Origin: Neisseriaceae bacterium | GTDB taxonomy: Bacteria; Pseudomonadota; Gammaproteobacteria; Burkholderiales; Neisseriaceae | Length of the DNA: 64,000 nucleotides | Direction of reading: 5' to 3' | Assembly (NCBI GenBank): GCA_017934045.1 | Contig: JAGBKK010000019.1 | Coordinates: 1 to 64,000 of the forward strand | Part shown: positions 29,538 through 41,817 of the stretch, one piece after another | Layout of the letters: each line of letters opens with the position of its first letter | Position numbering within the stretch: the first letter of the stretch is position 1 | Notes under the pieces: model-generated | The model's database searches: none | What the model saw: only the letters and a program-made list of their open reading frames with translations | What the model was told of the DNA's origin: nothing | Position numbers and translations under genes: made by a program

Positions 29538-30710
29538 ATGAAAAAATCTTTATTTTCCACATTATTTATTAGCGTTATTGTTATGACATATTTTCGTAAA
29601 ATATATCATAATATTACTGCTGAACATAAAAATGCCCAACAAATTTTTGCCCTATCACACCGTAATGGTGCGGTTGATGGTTGGGTGTATGCTTTTGTTT
29701 TAAAAAACGCAGTCTTTACTTTGGCACAACAATTACATAAGATATTCTTTTTACGCATTTTATTTCCAGGAATTACTTTAATTCGCCGTAAAGATATATC
29801 TAATAAAACAGAACAACAACAAAATATTAAGGCATTTAAGCAGTGTTTGCATATTCTTCAAAAACAGCCTTTATGTATTTTTCCCGAGGGTACGAGTGAT
29901 TTAGGAATAAAACATTTACCTTTTGAAAATGGATTATCTAAAATTGCGGTGCGTGCTTTCAAAAAAAACAAAAATAATATTAGCATTACGCCCTTTGCTA
30001 TTTTTTATGACGACCCAACAAATATGGGGGGAAGAGTTTTTGTGCAACAAGGGGAAACATTTAATGTTAATACAGAAGACAGTAATCAAATTCATCAACA
30101 AATGACTCATCATTTAGAAGAAATATTATTGGAATATAATAGTGTTGATGAAATGAATAATGCCCATAAAATTGCAATGATATACTCTGTTTTCAATGAA
30201 AAAAATAATTACCTTAACGCATTATATCAATTAAAAAGGCAACCTGAAATATTTAATAAATTATCTAATCAACTTGAATCACTTAAAAACAAGATAACTT
30301 ATAAAAAAATAACTATTTATCCTGTTAATATTTTATTATCCTTATGGACTTTTTTAATTACTGTAATTATTGTTTTACCAACTTTTTTAATCAATGCAAT
30401 ACCATTATTATGCGGTTTTATTGCAGGTAAGAAATCAAAAGATCAAAATACCATTTCATTATTCAAAATTGTTATTGGCTATTGGGTGGGATTATTTTAT
30501 TATCTTATTTTAATTATTATTGCTGGTGTCTTTTATAGTATTACGGGTATTTTAGTTGTATTGGGTTTATTTTTATTTTCTCTATGGGGGTTAAAGTTAT
30601 ATGGTGCTTGTAAAAAACATTTATATGCTATCATCAATTTAATTGTGTCTCCCAATAATAGAAAAGAATTTTTAAGGATATATAATGAAATTAACACAAC
30701 ACTATCATAA
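29538..30710 (+). CDS. lysophospholipid acyltransferase (PlsC-like) family membrane protein
   Basis: Acyltransferase motifs SHRNGAVDG (H..D block) and FPEGTSD. C-terminal half has 3-4 TM helices. Very AT-rich. Confidence 0.6.
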   Translation: MKKSLFSTLFISVIVMTYFRKIYHNITAEHKNAQQIFALSHRNGAVDGWVYAFVLKNAVFTLAQQLHKIFFLRILFPGITLIRRKDISNKTEQQQNIKAFKQCLHILQKQPLCIFPEGTSDLGIKHLPFENGLSKIAVRAFKKNKNNISITPFAIFYDDPTNMGGRVFVQQGETFNVNTEDSNQIHQQMTHHLEEILLEYNSVDEMNNAHKIAMIYSVFNEKNNYLNALYQLKRQPEIFNKLSNQLESLKNKITYKKITIYPVNILLSLWTFLITVIIVLPTFLINAIPLLCGFIAGKKSKDQNTISLFKIVIGYWVGLFYYLILIIIAGVFYSITGILVVLGLFLFSLWGLKLYGACKKHLYAIINLIVSPNNRKEFLRIYNEINTTLS

Positions 30711-31515
30711 TATTCTATTACACGAATGGCTGTGGATAGTATTATTATCAATTATGCTATTACGCACTGTGATTCATCAAAGTGTATTGTGGAGTTGTGT
30801 TATTGCTTTATTTTTAATTGCGACAATTATCAATACAACCATTACAAAAAGAATATATCGTTTTGGCTTTTATATTGTATTGATGAATGTTTTATTTATG
30901 TTGTTGCGATATATATCACCAGCAATTAACCCAAATGGTAAAAAAGATGCTTTATTATATCAATTAGATTGTGCTTTATTTGGTGATTTTGTCGGTTTGA
31001 TAACTAATTATTTTTCACCTTTATGGCTGACTGAAATTTTTGCTTTCTTTTATTTATTATTTTTGCCACAATTATTATTTTTCTTTGTTTATTTTTTAAT
31101 AAAAAAAGATTTAAGCGAACGATTTTTTGTTGGTTTAATGACGCTATATGCGATTGGATTTTTAGGTTATATTTTTATTCCTGCCATAGGTCCGTATGAT
31201 TTTTTATCTAATCAATTTACAACAAACTTAAAAGGTTATGTGTTTTTTTATTTATTAGATAAAAATTATGCCACAGGCAGTAATTTAACTGATGTATTTC
31301 CCAGTTTGCATTGCGGTGTTTCTTGTTTTATTTTATTATTTAATGCAAAATTTGACAAAAAACAATTTACAATATGGTTTATACCAACGCTGTTATTGTG
31401 GTTTTCTACGGTATATTTACACTATCATTATTTAATTGATTGTGTTGTGGGTATTGCTTTGGCAATAATTTGTTTTTTAATTATTTTCAAAAGGAAAAAT
31501 CAATGCAAGTTTTAA
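30685..31515 (+). CDS. PAP2-superfamily-like integral membrane protein
   Basis: 6+ TM helices with PSLHCG and LHYHYLID motifs resembling PAP2 phosphatase motifs 2 and 3. Overlaps the upstream gene by 26 nt. Confidence 0.5.
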   Translation: MKLTQHYHNILLHEWLWIVLLSIMLLRTVIHQSVLWSCVIALFLIATIINTTITKRIYRFGFYIVLMNVLFMLLRYISPAINPNGKKDALLYQLDCALFGDFVGLITNYFSPLWLTEIFAFFYLLFLPQLLFFFVYFLIKKDLSERFFVGLMTLYAIGFLGYIFIPAIGPYDFLSNQFTTNLKGYVFFYLLDKNYATGSNLTDVFPSLHCGVSCFILLFNAKFDKKQFTIWFIPTLLLWFSTVYLHYHYLIDCVVGIALAIICFLIIFKRKNQCKF

Positions 31516-33989
31516 CATTCAATGACAAGTATGCATTAGATATTGCATTATGTGGCGGTAAAGGTGCAAGTTTAGCAAAAATGACACAAGCAGGTTTTCC
31601 TGTGCCACAAGGTTTTATTGTTACGGCAGCAGCGTATCAATTATTTATTGAACAAGCAAAAAATTTAGATTTAAATTTTAATTATGCACAATTAGATATA
31701 TTGGAACAACAAACTTTACATTTGCGAAATGATTTGTTGCAATTAGATCTGCCACAGATTGTTAAACAGCAAATTAAACAGCAATTAGATATTTTGGGCA
31801 TTGAAGAAGCATATAGTGTGCGTTCTTCTTCTACTTTGGAAGATTTAGCCAATTCTGCTTTTGCAGGAGCACATGATACTTTTCTTAATGTTTATGGTGA
31901 AGAAAATATTTATCAAAAAATTAAAGAATGTTTTGTTTCTTTATGGCAGACGCGTGCCGTTGCTTATCGAAATCAACAAGGATTTTTGCAAGAAAATGCC
32001 GATATGGCAGTAGTGGTGCAAAAAATGATTTTTGCAGAAAAAGCAGGGGTTTCTTTTGCCATAAATCCAATTAGCGGTAATTTCAATGAAGTGCTTATTA
32101 ACGCTAATTATGGATTAGGTGAATCTGTGGTATGTGGCGAATATAATGTTGATGAATATCATATTGATAAAGGCAGCCTGAAAATCATCACAAGTAATAT
32201 TGCCCAAAAAGAAAAATATATTGCTTGGGATAATCAAGGTACATACGAAAAAGATACTGAAAAAGATAAAATAGATATTGCTTGTTTGAATGAAACGGAA
32301 TTATCAAAAATTGCAGCATTAAATATTGCGGCAAGTAATTATTATTCATTTCCACAAGATATTGAATGGGCGATTGTGAATAATGAAGTTTATTTATTAC
32401 AGTCTCGTCCAATTACAACCATACAACCACATTGGACAAGAGATGAATCTGCCGAACGCTATCCAACAGTCATTACGCCTTTAACTTGGGATTATGTTGA
32501 TTTGGCATTTCATATTTCTCTAAAACACTCTTTTGAGTTAATGGGATTACCGCCTTTTTCTGGTAAATGGTTTGCTATGTTTGATAATTATATTTATGGC
32601 GACCAAAATGCAGTTAATTTATATATGGCAACACCTGCAGTTCAGATTAAATCTGTATCAGATTTAATAGAAAAATTGCCATTTTTACAAAAACGCTTTG
32701 CTTATGCTTATCAATTACCATCTCTTTGGTATATCAATCTATCAGATTATTTGCAAAAAATCGGTGCATTATTAGACCGTGATTTAAGTAATAAAAGCGA
32801 ACAAGAAATATTTGCTTTTATTGATGAGTTGGTTATTATTGGTACAGAATATTTTAAACCTAATATTGCAATTTCCATTACGCAATCAATGTTGTATAAA
32901 TTGTTAATGCGATTATTGCAAATGATTTCTGCACAAAAATCTAATGATTGGTTTAATGCTTTAACAACGGCACAAACCAAAACAACTTTGGTCAATGAAG
33001 AATTATTTTCTTTGGCAATAATGATTAACCATTATCCTGCTTTGAAAGAAATGATATTAAATAATAAATCACAGGAAATTATTAAACAAAACCTATTAAA
33101 TAAATTTCCTGCATTTGACCAACAGTTTCAATTATTTTTATATAATCATGGTCATCGTGAAGTGGAATTTGATTCATATATCCCAACTTGGATAGAGTCT
33201 CCACATATTGTATTAGATAATATTAGGGGAATATTATCTAATCTTAATGAAGATAATGTGTGCAAAAATAAATATCAGGAAATTGCAAATAAAAGAAATA
33301 TTACAATTATAGAAATTTTGCAATATACACCCAAAGAATTGCAGTTATTTATTTTGGAAATCATTGAGTTAGTGCATTCATACACTTTATTAGATGATGA
33401 AGAACATTATCAAACAACACGCTTAACACCTGTTATGCGGAAAGGTATTTTTGCCTTGGGTAATTTATTGGTAAATAAGGGCGTTATCAATAAAGCTGAT
33501 GATTTATTTTTTGCTCATATTGAAACATTAAAAAATGCTGTGCATAGTGGAAATTACACAGAATTACAGCAAGAAGTGAATAAAAATAAAGCCGCTTATT
33601 TGCATAATGCCACGCAAACGCCTAAATGGGATTTATCCGCTGATGAAGAAATGGTTTTATCTACAAATGACAATCAATTAACAGGTTTGCCAGCCAGTGC
33701 TGGTATTGCCGAAGGCGAAATTTATATTGTGCATAGTGCCGATGATTTTGCGAATTTTCCGCCCAATGCAATATTGGTGGCAAAAACCACAAATCCTGCT
33801 TGGACACCGTTGTTTTATGTGGCAAAAGCCCTGATTACCGAAAGTGGCGGTGTTTTGTCGCACGGAGCGGTTACGGCACGCGAAATGAAAATCCCTGCGG
33901 TAATGGCTGTGCGTCATGTTATGCAGTTGTTGCACAATGGGCAAAAGGTGCGTGTTAATGGGTCAAGTGGTGTGGTTGAAATTTTATAG
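31503..33989 (+). CDS. PEP-utilising enzyme family phosphotransferase (PPDK_N ATP-grasp domain + C-terminal mobile His domain; rifampin-phosphotransferase-like architecture)
   Basis: The N-terminus (GGKGASLAKMTQAGFPVPQGFIV..) is a PPDK_N/PEP-synthase nucleotide-binding domain. The C-terminus (GGVLSHGAVTAREMKIPAVMAV) is a PEP-utilisers swivel His domain. There is no TIM-barrel PEP-binding domain. Overlaps the upstream gene by 13 nt. Confidence 0.7.
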   Translation: MQVLTFNDKYALDIALCGGKGASLAKMTQAGFPVPQGFIVTAAAYQLFIEQAKNLDLNFNYAQLDILEQQTLHLRNDLLQLDLPQIVKQQIKQQLDILGIEEAYSVRSSSTLEDLANSAFAGAHDTFLNVYGEENIYQKIKECFVSLWQTRAVAYRNQQGFLQENADMAVVVQKMIFAEKAGVSFAINPISGNFNEVLINANYGLGESVVCGEYNVDEYHIDKGSLKIITSNIAQKEKYIAWDNQGTYEKDTEKDKIDIACLNETELSKIAALNIAASNYYSFPQDIEWAIVNNEVYLLQSRPITTIQPHWTRDESAERYPTVITPLTWDYVDLAFHISLKHSFELMGLPPFSGKWFAMFDNYIYGDQNAVNLYMATPAVQIKSVSDLIEKLPFLQKRFAYAYQLPSLWYINLSDYLQKIGALLDRDLSNKSEQEIFAFIDELVIIGTEYFKPNIAISITQSMLYKLLMRLLQMISAQKSNDWFNALTTAQTKTTLVNEELFSLAIMINHYPALKEMILNNKSQEIIKQNLLNKFPAFDQQFQLFLYNHGHREVEFDSYIPTWIESPHIVLDNIRGILSNLNEDNVCKNKYQEIANKRNITIIEILQYTPKELQLFILEIIELVHSYTLLDDEEHYQTTRLTPVMRKGIFALGNLLVNKGVINKADDLFFAHIETLKNAVHSGNYTELQQEVNKNKAAYLHNATQTPKWDLSADEEMVLSTNDNQLTGLPASAGIAEGEIYIVHSADDFANFPPNAILVAKTTNPAWTPLFYVAKALITESGGVLSHGAVTAREMKIPAVMAVRHVMQLLHNGQKVRVNGSSGVVEIL

Positions 33990-34014
33990 TCGTTTTCAGG
34001 CTGCCTGAAAGGGT

Positions 34015-35952
34015 TTATTCGCTATGAAAATAAGCATAAATTTTTTCCGCTAATGGCAGGTTTATGCCTGTAACTTGGGCGATTTCTTCGACTGCGGCAG
34101 ATTGTATGGCTTTGACGCTGCCAAAACGGGTGATGAGTGCTTTTTTGCGTTTCGCACCAATGCCGTCTATGTCGTCTAATGCGTTGTGGGTGCGACTTTT
34201 GTCGCGGCGTTTTCTGTGTCCTGTAATCGCAAAACGGTGGGCTTCGTCTCGCACCATTTGTAAAATCAAGCGTGCCAAGTGTGTAGGCGGTGGGTTCAAC
34301 ACTTCGCCTGTGGCTGGAATAATCAAGTCTTCTGCACCGTCTTTGCGTTCAGGTCCTTTGGCTATGCCGATTAAGGGTAGATTTAAGCCCAAATCTGCCC
34401 ACACTTCCAACGCCATGGTTAATTGCCCTTTGCCGCCGTCAATAATCACCAAGTCAGGCTTGGGCGGTGCATCATCAGCCTGTTGGGCTAACTTGGTATA
34501 ACGGCGAGTGAGTGCTTCTTTCATCGCCGCATAATCATCGCCCGTGCTGGTGCTTTGTATGTTAAATCGCCGATATTGCGATGGCTGCATAGCATTGTCC
34601 TCATACACCACGCAGGACGCAACCGTGGCTTCGCCAAACGAATGACTAATATCAAAACATTCTATGCGAGAAATGGGGGAAATGCCCATTAGCTCTTCTA
34701 ATGCAAGACGGCGTTGTTGTTGCTGTGTTGTCTGTTGTGATTTTTGGGCAATCGATAAGCGTGCATTGTTTTCCGCCATTTTCAACCACACACGGCGTTC
34801 GCCCTTGGGGTGATTAACAATAGTAATTTTATGCTGATTTTCTTCTTCTAATAGATTATGTAAATTTTCAGGCAGCCTGAACGCCGTAATGATGATATTC
34901 GGTTTTTCTTTGCCAATATAGCGTTGCGAAACAAAGGCCTCAAAGGCTGCCTGAATGTCGATAAAATCCGCAAATGATACGGCGTTATCTCGCCTTGTCG
35001 TATGATTTATACTGCCTGCGTCTTTATGCCTTGTCTCATTTTGGATTTTATCGACAATACGATTATCTTCATTATCTATTTGAATATTCGGAAAAAAACT
35101 GTGATCCAAAATCCGCCGTCCAAAGCGAATAGCAACGCAATGTATGCACAATAAACCGTCTGCACACACAGGGGCAATAATGTCAATTTTTTGGGCGTTG
35201 ATATTGTCCTGACTGTCAATAAATTGTCGAGACTGCACCGCATTTAAGGCTTGGATTTTATCACGCAGTATCGCCGCTTTTTCAAAATTTAACGCCTGTG
35301 AAGCCGCGTTCATTTCTGCGGTGAGTGTGTGTAATAAATCATCGGTTTTGCCGTCTAAAAAATCAGCCGCTTGACGAATGTCGAGAGCATAATCTTCTTC
35401 ACTAATCAAACCGCAACACGCCCCTGAACAACGGCGAATTTGATACAGCAAACACGGACGCGAACGATGGTGAAACACATTGTCTTCACAAGAACGCAGC
35501 CTGAACACTTTTTGTAAAGTTTCAATGGTCTCTTTCACCGCCTGACTGTGGGGAAAAGGGCCAAAATAACGGTGTGGAGACTGTAACTTGCCACGGTAAT
35601 AACGAATTTGCGGAAACGAATGGGCAGAAAACTTTAAATAAGGATACGATTTGTCATCACGAAAGAGAATATTGTATTTCGGCGATAAACTTTTGATAAG
35701 GTTGTTTTCTAAAATTAACGCTTCCGCTTCACTGCGTGTAACGGTGGTTTCAATGCGATGAATTTGCTTGATCATCAATGAGATACGCGGTGAATGATTT
35801 TTGCCAACAAAATAACTATTGACGCGTTTTTTTAAATTCACTGCTTTGCCAACATACAAAACCTGCCCGTTTTTATCGAGCATACGATAAACACCAGGCA
35901 GGTTGGGGAGCGTTTTGAGAAAAACGCTTAAATCAAACGCTTCTGACGACAA
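34015..35952 (-). CDS. uvrC: excinuclease ABC subunit C
   Basis: N-terminal GIY-YIG (PGVYRMLDKNGQVLYVGKAVNLKKRVNSYF), a UvrBC-interaction region, and a C-terminal Endo V/HhH region. 645 aa including a DUS-encoded insertion. Confidence 0.9.
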   Translation of the reverse strand: MSSEAFDLSVFLKTLPNLPGVYRMLDKNGQVLYVGKAVNLKKRVNSYFVGKNHSPRISLMIKQIHRIETTVTRSEAEALILENNLIKSLSPKYNILFRDDKSYPYLKFSAHSFPQIRYYRGKLQSPHRYFGPFPHSQAVKETIETLQKVFRLRSCEDNVFHHRSRPCLLYQIRRCSGACCGLISEEDYALDIRQAADFLDGKTDDLLHTLTAEMNAASQALNFEKAAILRDKIQALNAVQSRQFIDSQDNINAQKIDIIAPVCADGLLCIHCVAIRFGRRILDHSFFPNIQIDNEDNRIVDKIQNETRHKDAGSINHTTRRDNAVSFADFIDIQAAFEAFVSQRYIGKEKPNIIITAFRLPENLHNLLEEENQHKITIVNHPKGERRVWLKMAENNARLSIAQKSQQTTQQQQRRLALEELMGISPISRIECFDISHSFGEATVASCVVYEDNAMQPSQYRRFNIQSTSTGDDYAAMKEALTRRYTKLAQQADDAPPKPDLVIIDGGKGQLTMALEVWADLGLNLPLIGIAKGPERKDGAEDLIIPATGEVLNPPPTHLARLILQMVRDEAHRFAITGHRKRRDKSRTHNALDDIDGIGAKRKKALITRFGSVKAIQSAAVEEIAQVTGINLPLAEKIYAYFHSE

Positions 35953-35975
35953 AAGAACCGCCGCTTAAAACTAAA

Positions 35976-38056
<2,081 letters not shown>

Positions 38057-38113
38057 TGGACGCGCTTTCAGGCTGCCTGAAACAGTGTAGGGCAAACAAA
38101 GTGTCGTGAAAAC

Positions 38114-38142
38114 AAAAAACCGTTCAAATAGAACGGTTTTTT
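38114..38142. terminator. bidirectional terminator (AAAAAACCGTTC-AAATAG-AACGGTTTTTT) between guaB and dnaN, flanked by direct DUS copies at 38067 and 38157
   Basis: Perfect stem with flanking A/T runs between convergent genes. Confidence 0.8.
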
Positions 38143-38172
38143 ATTGTGAAACGCTTTTCAGGCTGCCTGAAA

Positions 38173-39291
38173 CTATATTCTCATCGGCATGACAATATAT
38201 TTGAAATCGCTGTTATCAGGCATGGTCAAAAGCATGGAACGGGTTGCGTCTCCGAATGCCATTTTCACATCGTCTGAATGTAAGTTTCGCAAAACATCGG
38301 TGAGATACTGCACATTAAAGTTAATTTCCAATTCTGCACCTTGATAGGCAATTTCCAATTCTTCTTGGGCTTCTTCTTTGCCGTTGCTGTATTTAATCAG
38401 CATAACGCCTGGGGCAATGTGTAGGCTAATGGCTTTGGTTTTGTCATCTGCCAAAATGGCAACGCGTTCTAATGTGCTTAAAAAGCCTACGCGTGATAGT
38501 TGGAAAATTTTGTCGTTGTCTTGTGGAATCACACGGTTGTAGTCAGGGAATTTGCCTTCGACAATTTTGCTTACCACAATGGTGTTGCGTGCCGAAAAGC
38601 GAATTTGGCTGTCCAAGAAATCCACAGTGAGCAATTCTTCGGGAAATGACAGTAATTTCAGCAATTCGGCAATGGTTTTGCGTGGCAAAATCACTTCGCA
38701 GTGTGGCAAATTTGCGTCAATCGTGTGTTGGGTGTAGGCTAAACGGTGTCCGTCTGTGGCAACCAAACGCAACATATTGCCTTCGGCTTGCATCAGCAAC
38801 CCATTCAGATAAAAGCGAATATCTTGCACCGCCATCGCATATTGCACTTGGGTGAGCATTTCGCGAAATGCGTCTTGACGAATGGAAAAACACGCTTTCA
38901 CGCCACTTTCCACATTCATCAGGGGAAAATCTTCCGCAGGCAGGGTTTCCAAAGTGTATTTACCTTTGCCTGATTTCAGTTCTAATTGACCATTGGCCTT
39001 TTGATAAAAACGCACAGGGGCTTGATCTGGCAGGGTACGCAAAATATCTTGCAGTTTTTTGGCATTCACCGTTAGGCGAAAATCAGGGTCGTCATTGCTA
39101 TTGACCGCTGTGGTGCGGGTTTGAATTTCCAAATCCGTGCCGAGAATACTGGTTTGTCCGCGACTGTTTTCAATCAACACATTGGACAGAATAGGCATAG
39201 TCGAGCGGCGTTCGACAATACCCGTTACCGTTTGCAATGGGTCAAGCAGTGCATTTCGTGTGGTGGTCAAAATGGGGGTATTCTGTGTCAT
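38173..39291 (-). CDS. dnaN: DNA polymerase III subunit beta
   Basis: Three-domain sliding clamp, ~372 aa from MTQNTPILTTTRNALL. Lies 13 nt downstream of dnaA. Confidence 0.9.
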   Translation of the reverse strand: MTQNTPILTTTRNALLDPLQTVTGIVERRSTMPILSNVLIENSRGQTSILGTDLEIQTRTTAVNSNDDPDFRLTVNAKKLQDILRTLPDQAPVRFYQKANGQLELKSGKGKYTLETLPAEDFPLMNVESGVKACFSIRQDAFREMLTQVQYAMAVQDIRFYLNGLLMQAEGNMLRLVATDGHRLAYTQHTIDANLPHCEVILPRKTIAELLKLLSFPEELLTVDFLDSQIRFSARNTIVVSKIVEGKFPDYNRVIPQDNDKIFQLSRVGFLSTLERVAILADDKTKAISLHIAPGVMLIKYSNGKEEAQEELEIAYQGAELEINFNVQYLTDVLRNLHSDDVKMAFGDATRSMLLTMPDNSDFKYIVMPMRI

Positions 39292-39304
39292 CGTGCTAAT
39301 CCTT

Positions 39305-40690
39305 TTAATTTTGCAACTGTTGGCGTAAGTTTTGGTAATCTTGGACAAAGGTTTCGTCTTTACCCAATAATTCTTTCACATTTTTGCAGGCATTCAAAAC
39401 GGTGGTATGGTCGCGTCCGTCAAATGCGTTACCAATGTCTTTTAGGCTTAATGTGGTGAGTTCTTTGGCAAGCGAAATCGCCGTATGGCGTGGAATCACC
39501 AAAGAGCGTTGGCGGTTTTTGCTGACCAAATCTTTCATCGAAATATGATAAAAGGTGGCAACAGTTTTTTGAATTTCGTCAATGGTAACTTGCCGTCTGC
39601 CTTGTGCCAATAAGTCTTTCAGCGTGTTTTGCGTGGTGATAATATCAGGTTGCTTACCTGATATGCGACAACTCATCATCAATTTGCGTAATGCCCCTTC
39701 CAAATCGCGTACGCTGGATTTAATGGAATCAGCAATCAGCACGGCGGTTTCCATCGGCAGGGGAAATTCCCACAGTTCTGCTTTTTTCTGCAAAATGGCG
39801 GTGCGGGTTTCTAAATCAGGCATTTCAATTTGCATGGTAATGCCTGACGCAAAACGCGATTTTAAGCGATCGTCCAAACCTTCAATTTCATTCGGCAGGC
39901 GGTCGCTGGTGAGAATAATTTGTTTGCCATTATTGATGAAGTGATTGAAAACATAGAAAAATTCTTCCATTGTCTTCGCTTTGCCTGCGATGAATTGCAC
40001 ATCGTCCATAATCAATAAATCAAACGATTGATAATCCTTTTTGAATTGATCAAAATTGTGATTTTTGGACGCGGTAACCAAATCATTCATATAGCGTTCG
40101 GCGTGCAGATAACGAATTTTGGCGTTCGGAGCATTGGCTAATAAACGGTTGCCAATGGCGTGAATTAAGTGCGTTTTGCCCAAACCTGGACCGCCGTATA
40201 AAAAGAAAGGATTGTGCAGTTTATCGCCAGGTTTTTTGCTAATGGCAATCGAAATGGCGTGGGCTAATTCGTTGCTATCGCCCACCACAAACGAATCAAA
40301 AGTGTATTCGGCAATCAAACCATTGCTGCCTGATTTTTCTTCATTATTGACAGGGAGCGTTTTCGTTAATGCAACGGTTTTTTCAGGCGTTTTTTCCGAT
40401 TCAGGCGTGGCTGTTTTTTGCACAGTGGGGGTAAAAACAGGCAAGACTCCTTTGCCTTCTTTAAACGCCAAAGACGGCGTATCAGGACAGTGTTCTGCCT
40501 TAAACTGTTCGATTTTGGGGGCAATATTGGTGCGTACGCCACGCAAGGTAAAATCGTTGGGTGCGTAGATATTCCATTGTCCGTCTTGTTCATCAGCCGA
40601 CAACGACACCACCCACATACGAAATTGCGGCGGCAATTCTTGTTGCAGATATTGGGTGCATTGAGATAAAAAATCGGACAAAGTCATCAT
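39305..40690 (-). CDS. dnaA: chromosomal replication initiator protein DnaA
   Basis: AAA+ domain with GGPGLGKTHL Walker A. C-terminal DNA-binding domain (VIPRHTAISLAKELTTLSLKDIGNAFDGRDHTTVLNACK). Confidence 0.9.
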   Translation of the reverse strand: MMTLSDFLSQCTQYLQQELPPQFRMWVVSLSADEQDGQWNIYAPNDFTLRGVRTNIAPKIEQFKAEHCPDTPSLAFKEGKGVLPVFTPTVQKTATPESEKTPEKTVALTKTLPVNNEEKSGSNGLIAEYTFDSFVVGDSNELAHAISIAISKKPGDKLHNPFFLYGGPGLGKTHLIHAIGNRLLANAPNAKIRYLHAERYMNDLVTASKNHNFDQFKKDYQSFDLLIMDDVQFIAGKAKTMEEFFYVFNHFINNGKQIILTSDRLPNEIEGLDDRLKSRFASGITMQIEMPDLETRTAILQKKAELWEFPLPMETAVLIADSIKSSVRDLEGALRKLMMSCRISGKQPDIITTQNTLKDLLAQGRRQVTIDEIQKTVATFYHISMKDLVSKNRQRSLVIPRHTAISLAKELTTLSLKDIGNAFDGRDHTTVLNACKNVKELLGKDETFVQDYQNLRQQLQN

Positions 40691-40793
40691 ATAAACAGGC
40701 TGCCTGAAAGGTTTTTGGGGAGATCATGTATTCAATTTTTAATCGCAAAATAGGTTGTTATTGTAACAAAAGCAAAGGGGGAAAAAATAAAAT

Positions 40794-40830
40794 TTCAGGC
40801 AGCCTGAATTATTTTTTCAGGCTGCCTGAA
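40794..40830. terminator. inverted DUS pair hairpin (6-nt loop) downstream of dsbC and upstream of dnaA
   Basis: TTCAGGCAGCCTGAA-TTATTT-TTCAGGCTGCCTGAA. Confidence 0.55.
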
Positions 40831-40868
40831 ATGGTAATGAATGAACAATTCACCATCTCATCAAAATA

Positions 40869-41600
40869 TTACTGATTAGCCGCAATCGCTTCTTGTAAAG
40901 CCGCCGCAGGAGCGTAGCCTGCTTGAATTTTACCGTTAGGAAATACCAAAGTCGGCGTGCCTGAAAAGCCTAATTTTCGACCTAATGCAATATTGCGTTC
41001 AATCGGCGTTTCGCACGGTGCAACTTGTGGAATGGGTTTGTTTTCACGCATAACGCTTGTCCATACGCCCACACGGTCTTTATTGCACCACACTTGTTCC
41101 GATTTTGCACGCGCTTCTGGGTGCAAGCCATCAACAGGCATTAACAGTGTGTAAATGGTTAAATCCGTCAGTTGGGCGAATTCGTGTTCCAAACGGCGAC
41201 AAAATGGGCAGTCAATATCGTTAAACACCACCACTTTGTTTTTGCCACTGCCACGCACTTCGACAATCGCATCTTGCAGGGGCAAGTCGGCAAAATTCAC
41301 TTTGCGTAAATCTGCCACACGATCAGCCGTGAGATTTTTCTTGGCTTTTAAGTCAATCAACGAACCTTCGATTAAATAAGCAGCGTTTTCATCAACATAA
41401 TAAACTTCGTTGCCTTCAAACACCACTTCGTACAAGCCTTTGACTGGTGATTTTTTCACCGATTGTACTTTCACATTGTGTTCTTGATATGCTTGTTCTA
41501 ATGCAGATTTGACTTGTTCAGGCGTTTTGGCTTGCATATTATTATTGCACGCCGTCAATAATGCCAACGCACCAAGCAATAAACTGTTTTTTAAACGCAT
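40869..41600 (-). CDS. dsbC: thiol:disulfide interchange protein DsbC/DsbG family (lipoprotein)
   Basis: Signal peptide plus LLTAC lipobox. N-terminal dimerisation domain. Thioredoxin fold with CPFC active site. 243 aa. Confidence 0.75.
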   Translation of the reverse strand: MRLKNSLLLGALALLTACNNNMQAKTPEQVKSALEQAYQEHNVKVQSVKKSPVKGLYEVVFEGNEVYYVDENAAYLIEGSLIDLKAKKNLTADRVADLRKVNFADLPLQDAIVEVRGSGKNKVVVFNDIDCPFCRRLEHEFAQLTDLTIYTLLMPVDGLHPEARAKSEQVWCNKDRVGVWTSVMRENKPIPQVAPCETPIERNIALGRKLGFSGTPTLVFPNGKIQAGYAPAAALQEAIAANQ

Positions 41601-41658
41601 TTGTTTTTATTCCTATTTTCAAATAATCAAAGGGTGAATAATGCCATAAAACCGACAC

Positions 41659-41692
41659 TTCTGACAAATTTCAGGCTGCCTGAAAAAAACAC
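41659..41692 (+). repeat. left copy of a 29-33-bp direct repeat (TTCTGACAAATTTCAGGCTGCCTGAAAAA..CAC) flanking the T1SS/RTX locus
   Basis: Identical 29-mer, differing only in A-run length, recurs at 51168-51198 just after tolC. It includes a DUS. Confidence 0.7.
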
Positions 41693-41817
41693 TTTCCACA
41701 CACAACCCCAAAAAACCACCAAAAAAGTTGCTATTTTATGCATTGTTTTTTAGAATGACAGGTTGTTTTAATGTGCAATCTTAAAACAACATTAAGATAC
41801 CAAACATTATAAAACAG

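Noticed and set aside
40691-40868. Region upstream of dnaA examined for oriC
   Set aside because: It contains three DUS copies and a TTGTTATTGTAACAA palindrome but no recognisable TTATCCACA-type DnaA box cluster. The dnaA-dnaN spacer is only 13 bp. oriC is probably elsewhere.
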